IMG/VR virus record: IMGVR_UViG_3300008114_000042
Span: 34,865 to 98,864 of that record
Strand: one strand, 5' to 3'
DNA length: 64,000 bases
DNA from: a virus
In this document: positions 10,254-20,351 of the stretch, one piece after another
Layout of the letters: every line of letters begins with the position of its first letter
How positions within the stretch are numbered: position 1 is the first letter of the stretch
The notes under the pieces: generated by a model
What the model saw: the letters and a program-made list of their open reading frames with translations, nothing else
Told to the model about the DNA's origin: nothing
Database searches by the model: none
Translations under genes and position numbers: made by a program

Positions 10254-10790
10254 ATGAGAAATCAGCCATTTGCTATTGGGCAAAGACACACACGAAACCT
10301 TATCCTTGATAAGCGCAGGAAAACTTCTTCCACATTTTATTTTGTTAGATGTGATTGTGGAAACGAAAGGTGGATTCGCTCAGACATCCTAAGAAAGAAT
10401 AAGCACGGGTGCAGCAAGTGTTATGCACTAAGCATGAGGAAAAGCGGAGAGGGGCATAGCATTAATTCAGCATGGAAGTCCCTTACTAATAACGCCAGAA
10501 CACGGGGCATCCCAGTTGAAATTTCCAAAGAAGAGTTTGTCATCGTGGCAAAGCAAGAGTGTTTCTATTGTGGAGAACCACCAAAAGAGAAGTCTTACTA
10601 CGATCAGCCAGAATGGGCTACCCCGGCAAAACTAAACGGAATAGATAGAGTAGACAACGCCCGTGGCTATTCCATAGACAACATCGTTTCTGCGTGCGGA
10701 ACTTGCAATCGTGGGAAAATGGATTTGTCGTTAGAAGATTTTAAGAGTTGGATAATAAAACTATCGAAGAGAGAGTGGATAAATGAGTGA
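10254..10790 (+). CDS. HNH-type homing endonuclease
   Basis: 'CFYCG...GIDRVDNARGY...NIVSACGTCNRGK'; leaderless after TGCTATAAT. Confidence 0.85.
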   Translation: MRNQPFAIGQRHTRNLILDKRRKTSSTFYFVRCDCGNERWIRSDILRKNKHGCSKCYALSMRKSGEGHSINSAWKSLTNNARTRGIPVEISKEEFVIVAKQECFYCGEPPKEKSYYDQPEWATPAKLNGIDRVDNARGYSIDNIVSACGTCNRGKMDLSLEDFKSWIIKLSKREWINE

Positions 10791-11796
10791 TCTGCTGGAA
10801 GGAGTCCTTGCTGGACTTAATCCAAAACTAAGAAAAAGAATAACGCTCGGAAGTGAAGTCCCAAGAGTAGAGTTTGCTCCTACTCCCAGTGTTGGATTGA
10901 ATCATGCCCTCAACGGAGGCTTCCCCTATGGACGACAGATACTCGTATGGGGAAACAAGTCAAGCGGCAAGTCATCGTTCTCGCTACAAACCATCGCCGC
11001 CGCACAGAAAGAGGGTAAGGTATGTGCTTGGATAGACGCAGAAATGGCATTCGATCCAGCGTGGGCTACAGCGTTAGGTGTAGACGTAGAGACCTTGATC
11101 GTTTCCACCGCACGCACGGTCAACGATATGGTAGATGTCTGTACGGAACTCCTTAAGTCCGGGGTAGACATTGTAGTCGTTGACTCTATTTCTGCTCTCA
11201 CTCCTGCCATTTACTTTGAGAAAGATAGTGGAGAACTCAAGCAGTTGGAGAATACCATGCAGATCGGTGCAGAGGCAAAGGATATGGCGCACGCAGTCAA
11301 GATGATTAACTATGCCAATAACCAAGTCAAGCAGTCAATGATTATACTTATCAGTCAGGCACGCAACAACATCGGTCAGATGTATACAAAGCAGGAGCCT
11401 ACTGGTGGCCTTGCCGTGAAGTTCTACTCATCTACTATCGTTAAACTGTTCAGCAGCGAGAGCGACAACCAAGCGATCAAGGGAAAGATTTATGTCGGAG
11501 ACAAGATCATTGAAGAAAAGATTGGACGTAAGGTACGGTGGGATGTCCAGTTCAGCAAGACTTCGCCAGCCTTCCAGACAGGAGAGTACGATTTCTATTT
11601 CAGGGGGCAAAGCGTTGGTGTTGACTCCGTTGCAGATTTGGTTGATACATCAGAACTACTTGGCTTTATCGAACGAGCCGGGGCATGGTATACAGTTGAC
11701 TCTCAACGTTACCAAGGTCGTGAGCGACTTGTTCTCGCTGTAAAGGAAGACCTAGGACTACAGGAAACCCTACTAGAGAAGATCAAGAATGCGTAA
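10783..11796 (+). CDS. recA: RecA-like recombinase
   Basis: 'GGFPYGR', Walker A 'GNKSSGKS', 'IDAE', 'VVVDSI', 'TGGLAVKFYSS', 'GAWY'. Confidence 0.95.
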   Translation: MSDLLEGVLAGLNPKLRKRITLGSEVPRVEFAPTPSVGLNHALNGGFPYGRQILVWGNKSSGKSSFSLQTIAAAQKEGKVCAWIDAEMAFDPAWATALGVDVETLIVSTARTVNDMVDVCTELLKSGVDIVVVDSISALTPAIYFEKDSGELKQLENTMQIGAEAKDMAHAVKMINYANNQVKQSMIILISQARNNIGQMYTKQEPTGGLAVKFYSSTIVKLFSSESDNQAIKGKIYVGDKIIEEKIGRKVRWDVQFSKTSPAFQTGEYDFYFRGQSVGVDSVADLVDTSELLGFIERAGAWYTVDSQRYQGRERLVLAVKEDLGLQETLLEKIKNA

Positions 11797-11944
11797 ATAC
11801 TCTCTCTACAAGGGGCTGTTCGTATGCTATGACTGCAAGGGCTCTGTCTCCACCGCCCGGTACTGGACAAGTATTTCAGAACTTACTTGGAAGTGCAACT
11901 GCGGTTACATTAGCAAGGTAAATCTAAACATCAAGGGGTATTAA
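11789..11944 (+). CDS. small Cys-rich protein
   Basis: MRKYSLYKGLFVCYDC...WKCNCGYISKV; overlaps the recA stop. Confidence 0.6.
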   Translation: MRKYSLYKGLFVCYDCKGSVSTARYWTSISELTWKCNCGYISKVNLNIKGY

Positions 11945-12088
11945 TGGAATTCTTATTCATCATAGCAAGCAATGACTTCAAGGCGGCAGCCCGTAGGGCA
12001 GCAGAGATGGACCTCCATATCACTGAATGGGAATGGTGTCCTATCCGCACCGTGCAGAATGCTGTTGTCGTCTTCCTCAGGACAGACG

Positions 12089-12427
12089 ATGACAAACTAT
12101 AACAAGCATGAACAAGCAGAGACAAGGCGCTTGGGTGGAAAGACACACAAGAACAGCGGCAGGGGCCAAGTCAAGGGCGATGCATCGTGGAGAGATTTCA
12201 TTGTTGACTACAAGTTTTCAAACAGGTCGGTAACCGTAAACCAAGAGATGTGGGCGAAGATAGTAACCGATGCTATGAAGACTGATAGGTCGAAGTCTCC
12301 GCTCCTTGTCCTCGTTATAGGCGAGGGTAGTCACAAGATACGCCTTGGCGTACTAGAACTCTCTGTCCTTGAAGAGTTGACTTCCGAGAACCAAGATGGT
12401 ATAATAGTGCAAACAAAGGAAGAGTAA
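12089..12427 (+). CDS. Holliday-junction resolvase-like PD-(D/E)xK nuclease
   Basis: 'NSGRG..KGD...FIVDYK' motif. Confidence 0.75.
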   Translation: MTNYNKHEQAETRRLGGKTHKNSGRGQVKGDASWRDFIVDYKFSNRSVTVNQEMWAKIVTDAMKTDRSKSPLLVLVIGEGSHKIRLGVLELSVLEELTSENQDGIIVQTKEE

Positions 12428-12723
12428 TGCTAACAACACTAGAGAAAACAAGCAACCTGTACGACATAGCCGAATACATGCAGGACGAAGACCTGATGAA
12501 TGCACTAGAGTTTGTCGCCAAGGTTATCTCCAAGCCAGATGTGCCGCCGTCCGTCGCCTCCGCAGAGATAGTGCGGCTACAGGCAATAGCAATGACGTAT
12601 GCCCTCAAGGCGAGTTGGTATACTAATGTTGATAAGACAGACAGGGCACGCAAGAACCTGTGCTACACCCTATCCGAGCAACTCACTACCTTCGTGGCTG
12701 CTCTGAAATATGTGATGAGATGA
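12427..12723 (+). CDS. conserved phage hypothetical protein
   Basis: Helical 98-aa ORF, RBS AAGGA. Confidence 0.65.
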   Translation: MLTTLEKTSNLYDIAEYMQDEDLMNALEFVAKVISKPDVPPSVASAEIVRLQAIAMTYALKASWYTNVDKTDRARKNLCYTLSEQLTTFVAALKYVMR

Positions 12724-12766
12724 AACTTTCCGTAGGCCCCATCATAAAGAAAATGGATATGAGATA

Positions 12767-13546
12767 ATGAGTGATTTGATGAAGCAACTAATGAAGAAGC
12801 CCGAGAAGTCTTGGCTAAATGCTCCGAAGTTTATTGAGCGTTTTGAGGCAGGGTACATGGATGGGACAGGACCCAAGTTCACAAAGAAGAAGTCCTTCTC
12901 CCCCTCTACTCTTGCCTACGGAAACGGTGCCTGCCCCCGCTACTGGAACATCGCCTTTGCAGGAGCAGAGTTTGCCGACGACAGGAACCCCTACTCCGTA
13001 GCGAATATGTCGTCAGGCACGATGAGCCACGAGCGCATTCAGAATGCCATGCTTTCCTCCGGTCTCGCCAAGGAAGTAGAGCGCAAGATCGTATGCGAGG
13101 ACCCGCCTATCTTTGGCTACGGTGACGTTATCCTTGACCTTGATGAGGTTGAGGATGAGGAAGTCGTAGGAGAAATCAAGACGATGCGTGAAGAGTCATT
13201 CGCTCATCGCAAGGCAACAGGCAAGGCTCCTACCTATCATCTAGTTCAACTGCTCATCTACATGAAGGTGCTCAAACTCCGTCGTGGCGTTCTCATCTAT
13301 GAGAACAAGAACTCTCACGAGATAGTCCTTATCCCTGTTGAGATAAACGGTGACTACATCCAGTGGGCAGACCAGTTGTTTGAGTGGCTGCGTGAAGTGA
13401 AGAAGGCATCTGACGATGAGCAACTTCCCACCAAGCCCTACCGCTCCAACTCAAAGATATGCAAGAACTGTCCAGTCAAGGCTGCCTGTGACGAAGCAGG
13501 CAAGGGTGTCATTACTATTCCTGTGATGCCGGTGCTTCCAGAATGA
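12767..13546 (+). CDS. Cas4/RecB-family exonuclease
   Basis: 'CPR...H...GYGD...GEIKT...QL..Y...C..CP...C'. Confidence 0.88.
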   Translation: MSDLMKQLMKKPEKSWLNAPKFIERFEAGYMDGTGPKFTKKKSFSPSTLAYGNGACPRYWNIAFAGAEFADDRNPYSVANMSSGTMSHERIQNAMLSSGLAKEVERKIVCEDPPIFGYGDVILDLDEVEDEEVVGEIKTMREESFAHRKATGKAPTYHLVQLLIYMKVLKLRRGVLIYENKNSHEIVLIPVEINGDYIQWADQLFEWLREVKKASDDEQLPTKPYRSNSKICKNCPVKAACDEAGKGVITIPVMPVLPE

Positions 13547-13812
13547 AGACGTGCGTGTGGTGTATGAATGAGTTTCAGCCCAAGGTGTCCTATCAGGTTT
13601 ACTGTGATGCTGAATGCCGTACACTCGCCACTCGCCACAACGCACGAAATAAGCGTATCAGCGCACGCATAGAGCGCAACAGGCGCAACCCTCGTAGGTG
13701 TGCAGGAGGATGCGGAACCATCATCAGCATCTACAACGATCAGACCTTCTGCCTATCCTGCGGGGTAGACGAAAAGAAAGTAGCCGCTGCTATTGAAAGA
13801 TTGGGTAGATGA
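13543..13812 (+). CDS. Cys-rich hypothetical protein
   Basis: Multiple CxxC pairs; coupled to neighbours. Confidence 0.6.
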   Translation: MKTCVWCMNEFQPKVSYQVYCDAECRTLATRHNARNKRISARIERNRRNPRRCAGGCGTIISIYNDQTFCLSCGVDEKKVAAAIERLGR

Positions 13813-14244
13813 GACTCATCACTATCGACGCATCAACGAAGTCAGTTGCCTTCGGCATTTTCATCGACGGTAGACTAGAGAAATACGGCAAGATAAACAT
13901 TCAGGGTAAAGACATATATGAGAAGTGTGCCAACACAGCACACACCTTGACTTCCTTTGCCCGACTGTACCAGATAGAGAAGGCCATTATTGAGAAGCCC
14001 GTCTATGTGAATAGCCCACAGGTAATGATGATGCTCTCCATCGCACAAGGCGCTCTCATCGGGGCTCTCGCGGTCGGTGGCGTGCGGAAATTTGAGGGGG
14101 TAGTACCTTGCTCGCACGATGAGAAAGCAAAGAGTTATAGACTATGTAAATGACTACTTCTCCTTGTCAATAACAGATGATGACGTAGCAGATGCGTTAG
14201 GAATCGGAATCTACTATTTACGCCGCTCATCTGGTGTGCTATAA
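13809..14244 (+). pseudogene. ruvC: RuvC-like resolvase split by frameshift/deletion near 14108
   Basis: N-part has 'ITIDAS' and 'IIEKP'; C-part with 'DDDVADA' continues in the +1 frame at 14110-14244. Confidence 0.75.
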
Positions 14245-14251
14245 TAGACCT

Positions 14252-14854
14252 ATGACGCAATTAGCAAAGGGCGAACGCCCCAAAGTAGGAGATAAGTTTG
14301 GATGGGTTGAGGTAATAGAAGTAGTCAAGGCGAAGGACTACGGATGGAAGGGCGCTTCTGCCTACAAGGTCCGGTGTGACTGCGGGGCGGTTTGGGTAGT
14401 GAGGACAAATGCTTTTCGTCCTCGCCCAGAGAGAGGCCAGAAGAATGGCATAACTGCCTGTAAGGACTGCTCCCCACAAAAACGCGGGGCAGAGATAAGA
14501 AAAACAGATGACTCCCCAGCGGGGAGAGATGTTATGAATGCTTACAGAAGAAGAGCAAAGGAGCGTGGTTATGCCTTTACTCTGACTGCCGAAGAATTTT
14601 TCTCTATCATCAAATTGCCCTGCACCTATTGTGGAGACTCTCTATCTTGTAAAAGAAGCGCACTAGCAGAATGGAGTCAGGACTTCCGCTACACGGGAAT
14701 AGACCGAATAAATTCCAGTCTTGGTTATGAAACTGGAAACGTCCAGCCTTGCTGTCAGTGGTGCAATCGTGCCAAGAGTGATAAGACAGAAGACGAATTC
14801 ATCAACTGGGTAAAATCTATTGCTGCTTACCTCTTGACAACCGAAGGAAGATGA
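14252..14854 (+). CDS. HNH-type homing endonuclease
   Basis: 'CTYCG...GIDRINSSLGY...NVQPCCQWCNRAK'; leaderless. Confidence 0.85.
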   Translation: MTQLAKGERPKVGDKFGWVEVIEVVKAKDYGWKGASAYKVRCDCGAVWVVRTNAFRPRPERGQKNGITACKDCSPQKRGAEIRKTDDSPAGRDVMNAYRRRAKERGYAFTLTAEEFFSIIKLPCTYCGDSLSCKRSALAEWSQDFRYTGIDRINSSLGYETGNVQPCCQWCNRAKSDKTEDEFINWVKSIAAYLLTTEGR

Positions 14855-14868
14855 GGTATAATAATTTC

Positions 14869-14984
14869 ATGCCTAGATCATCACTATCCCTTCACTCAAG
14901 CGAAGCCTATCTCAAGAAGCGTGTCTACCACGACAAGTGATTTATCGTCAGATGAAGAAGTTTGGAATAAAAGGTGTAAAGTGA
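14869..14984 (+). pseudogene. small HTH DNA-binding protein with internal deletion
   Basis: 'SEAYLKKRVYHDK*' then -1 frame 'QVIYRQMKKFGIK'; central HTH helix missing. Confidence 0.6.
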
Positions 14985-15259
14985 GGTTTCATCGCCATAG
15001 ATGGATGCCTTGGGGCAACCCCTTCATAATAGGTGGAGGGTACTACTATCAGATAATGGAGTGTCAAGCGTGCAAGAGAATGCAAGTAAAGCCAGCAAGA
15101 TAATGCATATAGTTACTGTAGCGTGTCTAGAGTATCAGTGGATACGAGCGTTCGGTCCTTTCGACAGTACCGACGATGCGTGGGACTGGCTCAACACCAC
15201 AGAGTACGTCAAGGGGGATGGTTTCAGAAACCTTATCATGGAGGTAGAGGGCCCAGCAG

Positions 15260-15535
15260 ATGCCCTACTCTGAGGCCCCAGCAGGGGTAGAGATTGCCAA
15301 GGTGTGTGATGACCTGAAAGAATTGCTGATTGCGAAAAATATTGCCTATGGGAATTCGTTTGCCGATCCTATCAATATATTTTCAAAAACTACTCCTGTA
15401 GAGCAGTTGTGTGTAAGAATTGACGACAAACTAAACAGAATTCTCAAAGGTAGAGAATACCCCGGCGACGACACAATCACAGACCTCATAGGGTATTTAG
15501 TCCTATATAAGATATTAGTCAAGAATATCGAATAA
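15260..15535 (+). CDS. nucleotide-modification-associated (DUF1599-like) protein
   Basis: 'KNIAYGNSF...VRIDDKLNR...DLIGY'. Confidence 0.75.
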   Translation: MPYSEAPAGVEIAKVCDDLKELLIAKNIAYGNSFADPINIFSKTTPVEQLCVRIDDKLNRILKGREYPGDDTITDLIGYLVLYKILVKNIE

Positions 15536-15634
15536 CTTTTGCGGTTGGGGCCTTCTCTGATATTCCGGGGGTATAAAATTGCTCTTGACAATCCCGGTAG
15601 AAACTGGTAGAATAGGACTACCTACTAGCAAGGA

Positions 15635-15985
15635 GTGAATGTGGCACCCAAAAAGCCGAAGAATACTAAGACTAAGCGTGCTGTCTACACAGGACCACGG
15701 CAGTCATCAGAGGTATTCCTTTTCCTAGACAAGTTTATCTATTCGGATAGTTTCACTATGCCGAACGGGAAGACAGTCACCAAGGGAGACATTATCAAGA
15801 TCACCGGGGTATGGGGGACGCAGTTCAAGTTCGTCCAGCATACCATCAATAAGCACACCGGAGCAGAGTGGTTCGACTGTGTTGAGTTGCATCGAAACCA
15901 AGTAGCGCAGACACGCAGTTTCAGGACTGACCGTATCAAGTTGATGCCGAAGAAGCGTGGCCCTCGCAAGAAGAAGGTTGCGTGA
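15635..15985 (+). CDS. conserved actinophage hypothetical protein (SH3-like)
   Basis: Own TTGACA/TAGAAT promoter, RBS AAGGAG. Confidence 0.65.
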   Translation: MNVAPKKPKNTKTKRAVYTGPRQSSEVFLFLDKFIYSDSFTMPNGKTVTKGDIIKITGVWGTQFKFVQHTINKHTGAEWFDCVELHRNQVAQTRSFRTDRIKLMPKKRGPRKKKVA

Positions 15986-16410
15986 CAAAACTAAGTCTGG
16001 AATACGCTGCTGGGTTTTTCGACGGAGAGGGGTGTATCTCTATTTCAAAAACAAAAGGCTCAAAGTCTCGTGGAGAATACAAGAGAGATGCTTTTGTTTT
16101 GAGTGTGAGGGTCACCCAAACATCGTTCCCGGTCATTTATTCTTTTCAGGAAACATTCGGCGGGAGTGTGTATGAGAGGGACTACTCTCGTGGCGCTCCG
16201 TATGCTGAATGGGTTGCTACTCACCAAAAGGCCGTGCCGTTTTTAGAGCAGATGCTTCCTTTGCTCGTAGTAAAAAAAGAGCAGGCTTCGCTTGCCCTTG
16301 ACTTCCAGAATAATAAGCAGAGAAACAAGACAGACGAGATGTGGGAGAAAGAGCACCAAGCATATTTGTCTATGAAAATACTTAATACCAGAGGAAGAAG
16401 TCTGGTATAA
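15982..16410 (+). CDS. LAGLIDADG homing endonuclease
   Basis: 'YAAGFFDGEGCISI', 'VTQT', 'LPLLVVKKEQA'. Confidence 0.88.
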   Translation: MTKLSLEYAAGFFDGEGCISISKTKGSKSRGEYKRDAFVLSVRVTQTSFPVIYSFQETFGGSVYERDYSRGAPYAEWVATHQKAVPFLEQMLPLLVVKKEQASLALDFQNNKQRNKTDEMWEKEHQAYLSMKILNTRGRSLV

Positions 16411-16438
16411 TAGAGTGTTGTCGCTACAAGGAGACAAG

Positions 16439-16972
16439 ATGACAAACCGAAACCTTGTAGGCATAACACTGGCGGTAGCCCTAGCGACTACCGCTCTTGT
16501 TTTTCCTACATCGGCTTATGCTAAGTCGAATGAAACTGAAATAGCGAAAATGGGCATACCGCCTGAAACGGCGGCAGCCGTAAATAACTCAATAGTAGAT
16601 AGAGAGTGGGCTATCCAACGCCCATCTCGTGGTGGAGTCGGATACTATGATGACTCCAACGTTCCCGCCGTATGGGCAGGAGTACCGGACAGAGTGAGAA
16701 GCATATGGAGATGTATTCGCTTTCACGAGAGCCGTCACTCCGGTCATTATACGGCAGAAAATCCCGTTTCGACAGCCAGCGGCGCAGGCCAATGGTTGAA
16801 CGGAACTTGGGATGGTCTAAAGAAATGGGTGAAGGTAGACGGAGAATTCGTCGCTCGCCAATACGATGAGGCCAAGGACGCACCAGCATGGGTCCAAGAC
16901 GCTGCATTCGTCCATGTATACAATCATGGTGGATTGCGCATGTGGAGAGGAACGTGGTGCCCCGGCACCTAA
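16439..16972 (+). CDS. secreted lysozyme-like transglycosylase (Rpf/SLT-like)
   Basis: Signal peptide ending AYA; 'CIRFHES...Y.A.N..STASGAGQW...TW...QD'. Confidence 0.8.
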   Translation: MTNRNLVGITLAVALATTALVFPTSAYAKSNETEIAKMGIPPETAAAVNNSIVDREWAIQRPSRGGVGYYDDSNVPAVWAGVPDRVRSIWRCIRFHESRHSGHYTAENPVSTASGAGQWLNGTWDGLKKWVKVDGEFVARQYDEAKDAPAWVQDAAFVHVYNHGGLRMWRGTWCPGT

Positions 16973-17075
16973 TACATTAAAATACCACGGCAGGGTAGAG
17001 AGACCCAAATTCAATTGCGACAACACCTCTCTACCCTGTTCGTGGTATAATTGTATCCTCAACAAAGGAGTAGAT

Positions 17076-17603
17076 ATGCCGGTAGACCTAGTAGCGCACC
17101 TTGATGAAGTGAACAAGGTTGCGGAAGAATACATCAAGGGAAATGATGAGACTGCCATTTCCAAGAACCTTGCTATCCCTCGCCAGCGTGTAGTCAACAT
17201 GCTCAACGAGTGGCGGGATATGGTGTCCAGCAACGAGGCCATTCGCATCAGAGCGAAGGAGGCACTCGCAGGAGCAGACAAGCACTTCTCCGTGCTCATC
17301 CAAAAGGCATACGAAGTCATCGATGAGGCCACGATGAACGGGAACCTAGGCGCAAAAACTAATGCTATTAAACTTGTGATGGATATAGAGAAGACCCGCA
17401 TCGAACAACTACAGAAGGCCGGTCTGCTAGAGAACAAGGAACTCGCAGACGAACTCATTGAGACAGAGCGCAAGCAGGAAGTGCTGGTAGGCATCCTCCG
17501 AGATGTCTCTGGTGAATGCCCCAAGTGCAGAAGCGAGGTTGCACGCCGACTGGCAAATGTCGCAGGACCGACAGAGGTGATTACAGTTGACATCATCACT
17601 TGA
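17076..17603 (+). CDS. probable terminase small subunit (N-terminal HTH)
   Basis: RBS AAAGGAG; directly upstream of and overlapping terL. Confidence 0.7.
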   Translation: MPVDLVAHLDEVNKVAEEYIKGNDETAISKNLAIPRQRVVNMLNEWRDMVSSNEAIRIRAKEALAGADKHFSVLIQKAYEVIDEATMNGNLGAKTNAIKLVMDIEKTRIEQLQKAGLLENKELADELIETERKQEVLVGILRDVSGECPKCRSEVARRLANVAGPTEVITVDIIT

Positions 17604-19386
17604 TCTATCATCATTCCTCTCTATTCTTGATGACGACCCCTTCGATGAGTACCCGGTAGACCTAGACACCTTCGTTCATGGTGAGCACTTCCTCAACCAG
17701 CCGGGGCTGTCAGACATTCAGCGAGACATCGTAGAGGCCATGAGCCAGATATTCAAGGAGGAAGACCTTCGCAGGTTTATGACTTATGAAGAGGCGGCAC
17801 GGCATCACAAGAAGTATACGAAGAATGAGGTCATCCTCCAACTAGGCAAGGGTAGTGGCAAGGACTACACATCGACCGTAGGCGTGGCCTACACCGTCTA
17901 CAAGTTGCTCTGCCTCAAAGACCCCGCACGCTATTTCGGCAAGCCCTCTGGTGATGCTATCGACCTCATCAACATCGCAGTCAACGCTGTGCAGGCGAAG
18001 AACGTATTCTTCAAGGGGCTCAAGTCCAAGATCGAACGCTCTCCGTGGTTCGAAGGGAAGTATGAAGCGAAGATGGACAGCATCGAATTCGACAAGTCGA
18101 TCACCGTATACTCCGGTCACTCCGAGAGAGAATCCCACGAGGGACTCAACCTTATCCTCGCTGTCCTTGACGAGATTTCTGGCTTTGCCATGGAGTCAGC
18201 ATCAGGCAACGAGAATGCTAAGACGGGTGATGCTATCTACAAGGCATTCCGTGGTTCGGTAGATTCACGATTCCCTGACTATGGAAAGGTTCTACTCCTA
18301 TCTTTCCCTAGATTCAAGGGAGACTTTATTTCGAAACGGTATGAGGAAGTCATCCTTGAGAAAGAGACACTAGTAAGGAAGCACACCTTCATCCTCAACC
18401 CTGATCTACCGGAAGACAGCGAGGGTAATAAGTTTACTATTGAATGGGACGAGGATCATATCGTCCACTATGTCATCCCCGGCATCTTCGCACTCAAGCG
18501 ACCAACGTGGGAGGTCAACCCTACTCGTGGGATAGAGGACTTTAAACTTGCCTTCTACACAGACCCCGGTGATGCCCTGATGCGTTTCGCCTGTATGCCT
18601 AACTTCTCTACCGATGCCTTCTTTAAGAACAGGGATATGCTCTGGAAGGCAGCGTCCATTCGCAACCCCATCGACACCTACAAGAGACTGGAAGAGAACT
18701 TCGTACCGAAGGAGGGAGTACGCTACTACCTCCATGCCGACCTCGCACAGGTCCACGACAAGTGTGCTATTGCTATCTCTCACGTAGAGAAGTTCGTTGA
18801 GATAAAGTCATTCAACGACTACCATCAGATCGTTCCCGTCGTTGTGTGTGATGCTGTCGTGTGGTGGGAGCCACGCAAGGAAGGGCCGGTAGACCTAAGT
18901 GAGGTCAAGAACTGGATAGTAAGTTTCAAGAGAGCAGGCTTTGACATAGGCATGGTGACCTTTGACCGCTGGCAGTCAGTAGACATTCAGAAGGAACTAC
19001 AGTCGGTAGGGATCAAGACAGGGGTACTCTCTGTGGCAAAGAAGCACTACGAGGACCTTGCCATGCTCTTCTATGAAGAGCGTATTGTCATGCCCTACAT
19101 CGAACTGCTCTTGGAGGAACTGGCTGAGTTGCGCATCGTCAGCGACAAGAAGGTAGACCATCCTCGCAAGAAGAGCAAGGACCTTGCCGACGCACTCACC
19201 GGCTCTGTCTACAACGCAGTAGCCTACACCCCTCGTCACAACGATCAGTTGGTAGAGGCTCACACCTTTAGCAGCGCTGCACGAGCACGGGCACGGGAGG
19301 AAAGAGAGAATACAGAAGGCATCATCATGCCACCCAAGCGTGACCCCGAAATAGAATACTACTTGGCAAAGGTGGGAGTATTGTGA
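17587..19386 (+). CDS. terL: terminase large subunit
   Basis: 'LGKGSGKD', 'AVLDE', nuclease 'HADLA', 'TFDRW', 'KDLADA'. Confidence 0.92.
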   Translation: MTSSLDLSSFLSILDDDPFDEYPVDLDTFVHGEHFLNQPGLSDIQRDIVEAMSQIFKEEDLRRFMTYEEAARHHKKYTKNEVILQLGKGSGKDYTSTVGVAYTVYKLLCLKDPARYFGKPSGDAIDLINIAVNAVQAKNVFFKGLKSKIERSPWFEGKYEAKMDSIEFDKSITVYSGHSERESHEGLNLILAVLDEISGFAMESASGNENAKTGDAIYKAFRGSVDSRFPDYGKVLLLSFPRFKGDFISKRYEEVILEKETLVRKHTFILNPDLPEDSEGNKFTIEWDEDHIVHYVIPGIFALKRPTWEVNPTRGIEDFKLAFYTDPGDALMRFACMPNFSTDAFFKNRDMLWKAASIRNPIDTYKRLEENFVPKEGVRYYLHADLAQVHDKCAIAISHVEKFVEIKSFNDYHQIVPVVVCDAVVWWEPRKEGPVDLSEVKNWIVSFKRAGFDIGMVTFDRWQSVDIQKELQSVGIKTGVLSVAKKHYEDLAMLFYEERIVMPYIELLLEELAELRIVSDKKVDHPRKKSKDLADALTGSVYNAVAYTPRHNDQLVEAHTFSSAARARAREERENTEGIIMPPKRDPEIEYYLAKVGVL

Positions 19387-19608
19387 ACCCAGATGCGCAC
19401 CTCAACATCCCCGCCGAAGGCGTGGTCATTACCGTAGAGCGGGATGCCTCAGGGAACTATATTGGCAAACTTTGGATAGACGGAGAGCGCAAGGCGTTTG
19501 CCACAGAGCGACGACCGGGATGCGCTGCCCGTACCATGATGCTAGCAATGCAGGGTACATGGGGACCTCCAAGCGATACCATGTACCTTACTGTTGACGG
19601 GTGGTAGT

Positions 19609-19935
19609 ATGGACTCCGAATACGTTGAGTACCTTGAGTCTATCGGTGCTATTGAAAAAACCGGGGTAGACGAAAACGGAGAGCCAGTATGGAGAGTGAC
19701 GAAGGAAGCAAAGGAACTTGTTCCTGACCTTTACAACGCTCACCTCAAAGAGTTCAACAACAACGTATTCTCCCTGTGGATGAAGGACTTTATCGACATA
19801 GAGTTTGATAAGGAAGGCTCACCCCTCATCGCCCTGAATGAAATATCATTAGTCTTAGAGGCACACGCCATGCTTGAGCCCTCAGAAGAGCAGGTATTGA
19901 TGGAGATAATTGAGAATGTTTCCAAACCGGATTGA
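19609..19935 (+). CDS. hypothetical protein
   Basis: Acidic ORF 'YLESIGAIEKTGVDENGE'. Confidence 0.55.
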   Translation: MDSEYVEYLESIGAIEKTGVDENGEPVWRVTKEAKELVPDLYNAHLKEFNNNVFSLWMKDFIDIEFDKEGSPLIALNEISLVLEAHAMLEPSEEQVLMEIIENVSKPD

Positions 19936-19967
19936 CAATTGCCCACTAACAATGGTATAATAACTTT

Positions 19968-20351
19968 GTGTTATCCATACTATGGGTAGTCTTGCTGGTT
20001 TCGGCATCTCTAGCAGTCTGCATCAAGATCATCAAACATCTTGATAGGACCGCTACCGCCACCGAAGCAATAGCCGTGTGCGCCATAGAGGTTTCACAGG
20101 AGTTGCTGGAAGTCATAGCGGAGGCAGAGGATGAAGAAATGGAAGAGCAGCCAAAAAAGTTCGTCGTAGCCTTTGTGGATGGAAAGGCATACTGGGTAGA
20201 AGACAACGAGTTTCTGGAAGCAGAGATAGACGAGGACGGAGACCCAGTACGAAGCACAGCACATCCGGTAGACGCAATAAACATGCCATTCAAGGACGTG
20301 ACGAAACTACTCTACGTCCTTGATAACTTAAAAGATAAGGAAAAGCAATGA
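19968..20351 (+). CDS. membrane-anchored hypothetical protein
   Basis: N-terminal hydrophobic helix; leaderless GTG after TGGTATAAT. Confidence 0.6.
   Translation: MLSILWVVLLVSASLAVCIKIIKHLDRTATATEAIAVCAIEVSQELLEVIAEAEDEEMEEQPKKFVVAFVDGKAYWVEDNEFLEAEIDEDGDPVRSTAHPVDAINMPFKDVTKLLYVLDNLKDKEKQ

Noticed and set aside
12767-13546. Cas4-like gene as sign of a CRISPR-Cas system
   Set aside because: No repeat-spacer array or other cas genes seen; solo Cas4-like nucleases are common in phage recombination modules
14930-14945. Stop-codon reassignment to explain short ORFs
   Set aside because: Core genes are intact under the standard code; the broken genes need frame changes, not readthrough; no suppressor tRNA found
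5974-16410. Group I introns or inteins around the endonuclease genes
   Set aside because: Flanking genes are not split by inserted sequence; endonucleases have own promoters; no intein motifs in DnaB, DnaE, RecA or TerL
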